Positions 56,952 to 64,000 of a DNA stretch of 64,000 nucleotides are shown here, in pieces. Location: contig NC_091283.1 of the NCBI RefSeq assembly GCF_032444005.1, forward strand, positions 42,842,001 to 42,906,000, given 5' to 3'. The translations under genes and the position numbers were made by a program. The stretch comes from Ranitomeya imitator. Taxonomy: Eukaryota. A model generated the notes under the pieces. The model saw nothing but the letters and a program-made list of their open reading frames with translations. It was not told the origin of the DNA and searched no databases. Numbering within the stretch: the stretch's first letter is position 1; every line of letters starts with the position of its first letter.

Positions 56952-59784
56952 CACCGCTACAAGAATCCGTAGTCTTCACCCTCTCAATGTTTTCTTTCCC
57001 TCCTCTGACTACAAGCAAATTTCTTGAACAATGTGAGCCCGACACAGCGCATCCAATCCGCAGAAATGTCCGTGATACATTTACAAACCTCCTTCCCTTC
57101 GGTGACGAAATGAATGAACGCGGACGGACTTTTCATTTTATTTTTTTTTTATCCAAAACTGTATTTGTAAAACTAATCGTTAATCTATTTCGCTCTGTTC
57201 AAACCAAAACGATGCAAAATACAGTGGAATTTATTTGTACAAATTAATTGAAAAGCAGAGATCCTTTTTTTTTTTTTTTTTTCAAGTCTCTCAAGGTCAC
57301 AGCATATTTCTGTCTCCAGGTCAAAAATGCAGGAAATACTGCAAAACATACACTTTATAAATATATATTTAGATATAAAACTATAACCAGTAGTCGCTCA
57401 TGTCAGGATGGGGGAAGGGCGCGCTCTGCTCTCCCAGTGCTACAAGTATTGCTTTGCTCGGTCTGCGGCGGATTTCGGAGCGGATGGTCCTTGATTGTCA
57501 CATGGAGGGGGGCAGTAAAGTGACGGTGGGAATCTATGGAGTAAGGCACTATTGACTGTAAGGGACACGTCTAATGACCCCCAAAGAGATACAGTAATTA
57601 ATACAATGACAGGGAGGCAGGCATTTCTAGAGTTAATCTATATTAATCACTTTTTTTTTTACTATCCCATTGCCAGGACATATATTTGCAGAGAGCCTGC
57701 AGTACCACTTGTGGCCACTACAGCACCTATGGCGCTGTTGCATTTCTTCTGCACAACAATGCACTGATCGGTGGGAGTGTGAAGCGGTGAGCTGTAATAC
57801 CAGGCACGACCACTACTAAAAGCATGGCGCTGTAAACAATGAAAGGTACACACTGGATCGTCACAACCCCCTACAGCCAAGCTCATCAACGGGAAAGGGG
57901 GGGCCGCCAAGAATCACACCACCACCCTAAAGTCCCAGAAAATCCCTTTAAGCCTTTGTATACTTTGTAACACTAGTTTTTAAACCACTGATTTGCTCCA
58001 AAGTGTCAAAAAATAAAAATAACGCAACTTTGCATAGTGCATCATAAAAATGATCTGACCGGTATACGTCTGCAGCGGCTATACAGACCTCTGTCACCAT
58101 GGTTACAGACTACAAACAAACCCTTTGTAGTCAGAGAGCGACATTCCGTCCACTCCGGTCTGTTCTACTGTCTGTAGGATAGCCAGTGATGAACACAGGT
58201 CTGCATAGGAGCTGTATACACAAAACGGTATTGGAACTTCTTTTTTTTAAAGTCTCCTTATACTTTGGATGCATGATAAAATAAAAAAATAAAAACATAC
58301 AAAGCCTTAAAAGGTGGGACTATTGGACTGGGATCTATTGGGGCTGGCAGAGAAGGGAAATGGGCGGCCGGGGTGGATTCCTTCCAGTCTATACCCCGAT
58401 AGCGCTCATCCACCGTATCTCCGCAGTAATGGCGTATACGTCCTGCCGTGCAGAAAGGGCAAGTTATTAGGGAATTGTCCAACACTAGATGTCACCTAGG
58501 AAGAGGATATTCTCCTCCAGCACAGGGGGCCCCGTCTCCCCTAACCGTGAGGGTCTTTAGGGCGCAGTATCCATGTGCGGTCACATCCTATCCCTTCTAC
58601 GTAGTGGTATGTTATATGTAGTGTTCTTTGGCGTGGTCCCGTGTCCTTCGTTGTATGAAGAGTTAGGAGACGTAGGAGGAAAGGAAGGGAAGCGTCACGC
58701 CTGCGGTATATGGCGAGAGTTCTGTCTAGTAGGTCATGGATGGCTCGTGGTCATCACTACATCATGAACGGCAATGGATTCTGGGGTCTTACCATCCACA
58801 TTGCACTTCACGTAGTTGGGGGGGGGGGGGGTCTAAGATCTGGGATCCTCCCCCAAAAAATAAAAAAGGGGTTACTCTGCTACTACAGCTCTCTGCTGTG
58901 GTTCCCCTGCACTGTGGGGGGCCAGGGGGCCGCAGTGCGGTGAAAAACGTAAGGTCACCACTGCCCATAGACTATTTGATGCCACTGTAGAAGAAATCCA
59001 CCATGACAACAAGCACATAAATCTGCAGATGAGGAAGAGGGGCAGCTTTACATCACCTACGCATTCAGGATCGATGGGGGTTCCACCGATAATAAAGTGG
59101 TATAAGATAGGAATACCCTTTAGTGGGGTCTGGGCGCCGTTCATAGACACATCGCCACTGCTCTGCCTCCGCGGCTTCTGAACGTACCCTGAACTGTGCA
59201 AACTACAGAGAAATGCAATGAAGCAAGTGGGGCAGTCACGTTGTCGGACCCTCGCCTTCTCCGGCCCCTTGAGAAACGCCAAAATGCTTACAAATGGCCT
59301 GAATGAGATGGGGGCAGGCGATGGGTTTGATTCCGCGGTCTGCCGGTCACACATCACATGTCCCGGCCTCGGCCCACCCTACGTTATTCCAGTTTTCTCC
59401 GACCACAGTCTGTTTTCCAGTGTTACGTCCCAGGTAATGAGTGCGGGGCCATCTTGTGCCTGTCCAAGTGCTTACTGGTGGTCCCAGAAGAACACAGCAG
59501 GTTACCCGGTCCCCCCAGCTTCCTTCTGGACTGCTCCCCGCTTCTCAAGGTCCCGTTACATATAAACTACCTGAGCAGTCCGAGGCCGGCGAGATGATGG
59601 CAGAAGAGTGCAGAGACAGGAGCCTTCAGGGGATCCGGGAGAGGGTCAGTAGTTTCTATCCAGGGACCCTGGTCCAATACTGAACAGATGGCAGAGATGC
59701 CACCTTCATGTCCTCGCTCCTCCAGGTTAGGTCAGTCTTTGGTGGGCTTTGTGAAGGGATAAGCAAGACCCCCTTGTCCGTAGC

Positions 59785-63788
<4,004 letters not shown>

Positions 63789-64000
63789 TCACAGATCTCC
63801 TGATAAATGTGAGTAATAACGGGAAGACAAGAAAAACGACTGGAACTTAAAAAACAGCAGAGAACGTGATGGAGAACACGAATCTCTGACCGACAAATCG
63901 GCTAAAATGTGATGTGTACGGCGCAGCTTCACTCAGACCAATAATTTATTTCCCATCATTTATAAGAGTTGTAAGAAGAAAACAACGTGACAATTCACCA

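Overview
Vertebrate genomic DNA, most likely a frog (inferred from the repeat families and protein divergence). It holds four protein-coding genes, each assembled by hand from GT-AG exons. These are a six-exon type III interferon (IFN-lambda) on + (17739-24189, 216 aa), single-exon syncollin on + (36075-36470), six-exon NCCRP1 on - (51112-40592, 953 aa) and the last four kinase-domain exons of PAK4 on - (63726-59785, 5' part outside the window). As I recall it, the order and orientation match the human PAK4-NCCRP1-SYCN-IFNL block. The most notable observations are four. (1) The IFN-lambda ends in a strongly polybasic tail and has an extra cysteine pair. (2) Its promoter has a CRE, an IRF site, a kB-like site and a TATA box in IFN-beta enhanceosome order, followed by a 19-nt coding mini-exon. 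(3) NCCRP1 carries about 44 copies of a 10-aa Gln/Lys/Glu repeat ahead of its lectin-type FBA domain. (4) Two tandem arrays were visibly seeded from LINE sequence. The rest is dense mobile DNA (gypsy LTRs, L2 and CR1 LINEs, a tRNA-derived SINE, Tc1, a non-autonomous Helitron, and hAT, Harbinger, pogo and Kolobok-type MITEs) plus many minisatellites and one 129-N assembly gap. Most long ORFs in the supplied track are artefacts of stop-free tandem repeats.
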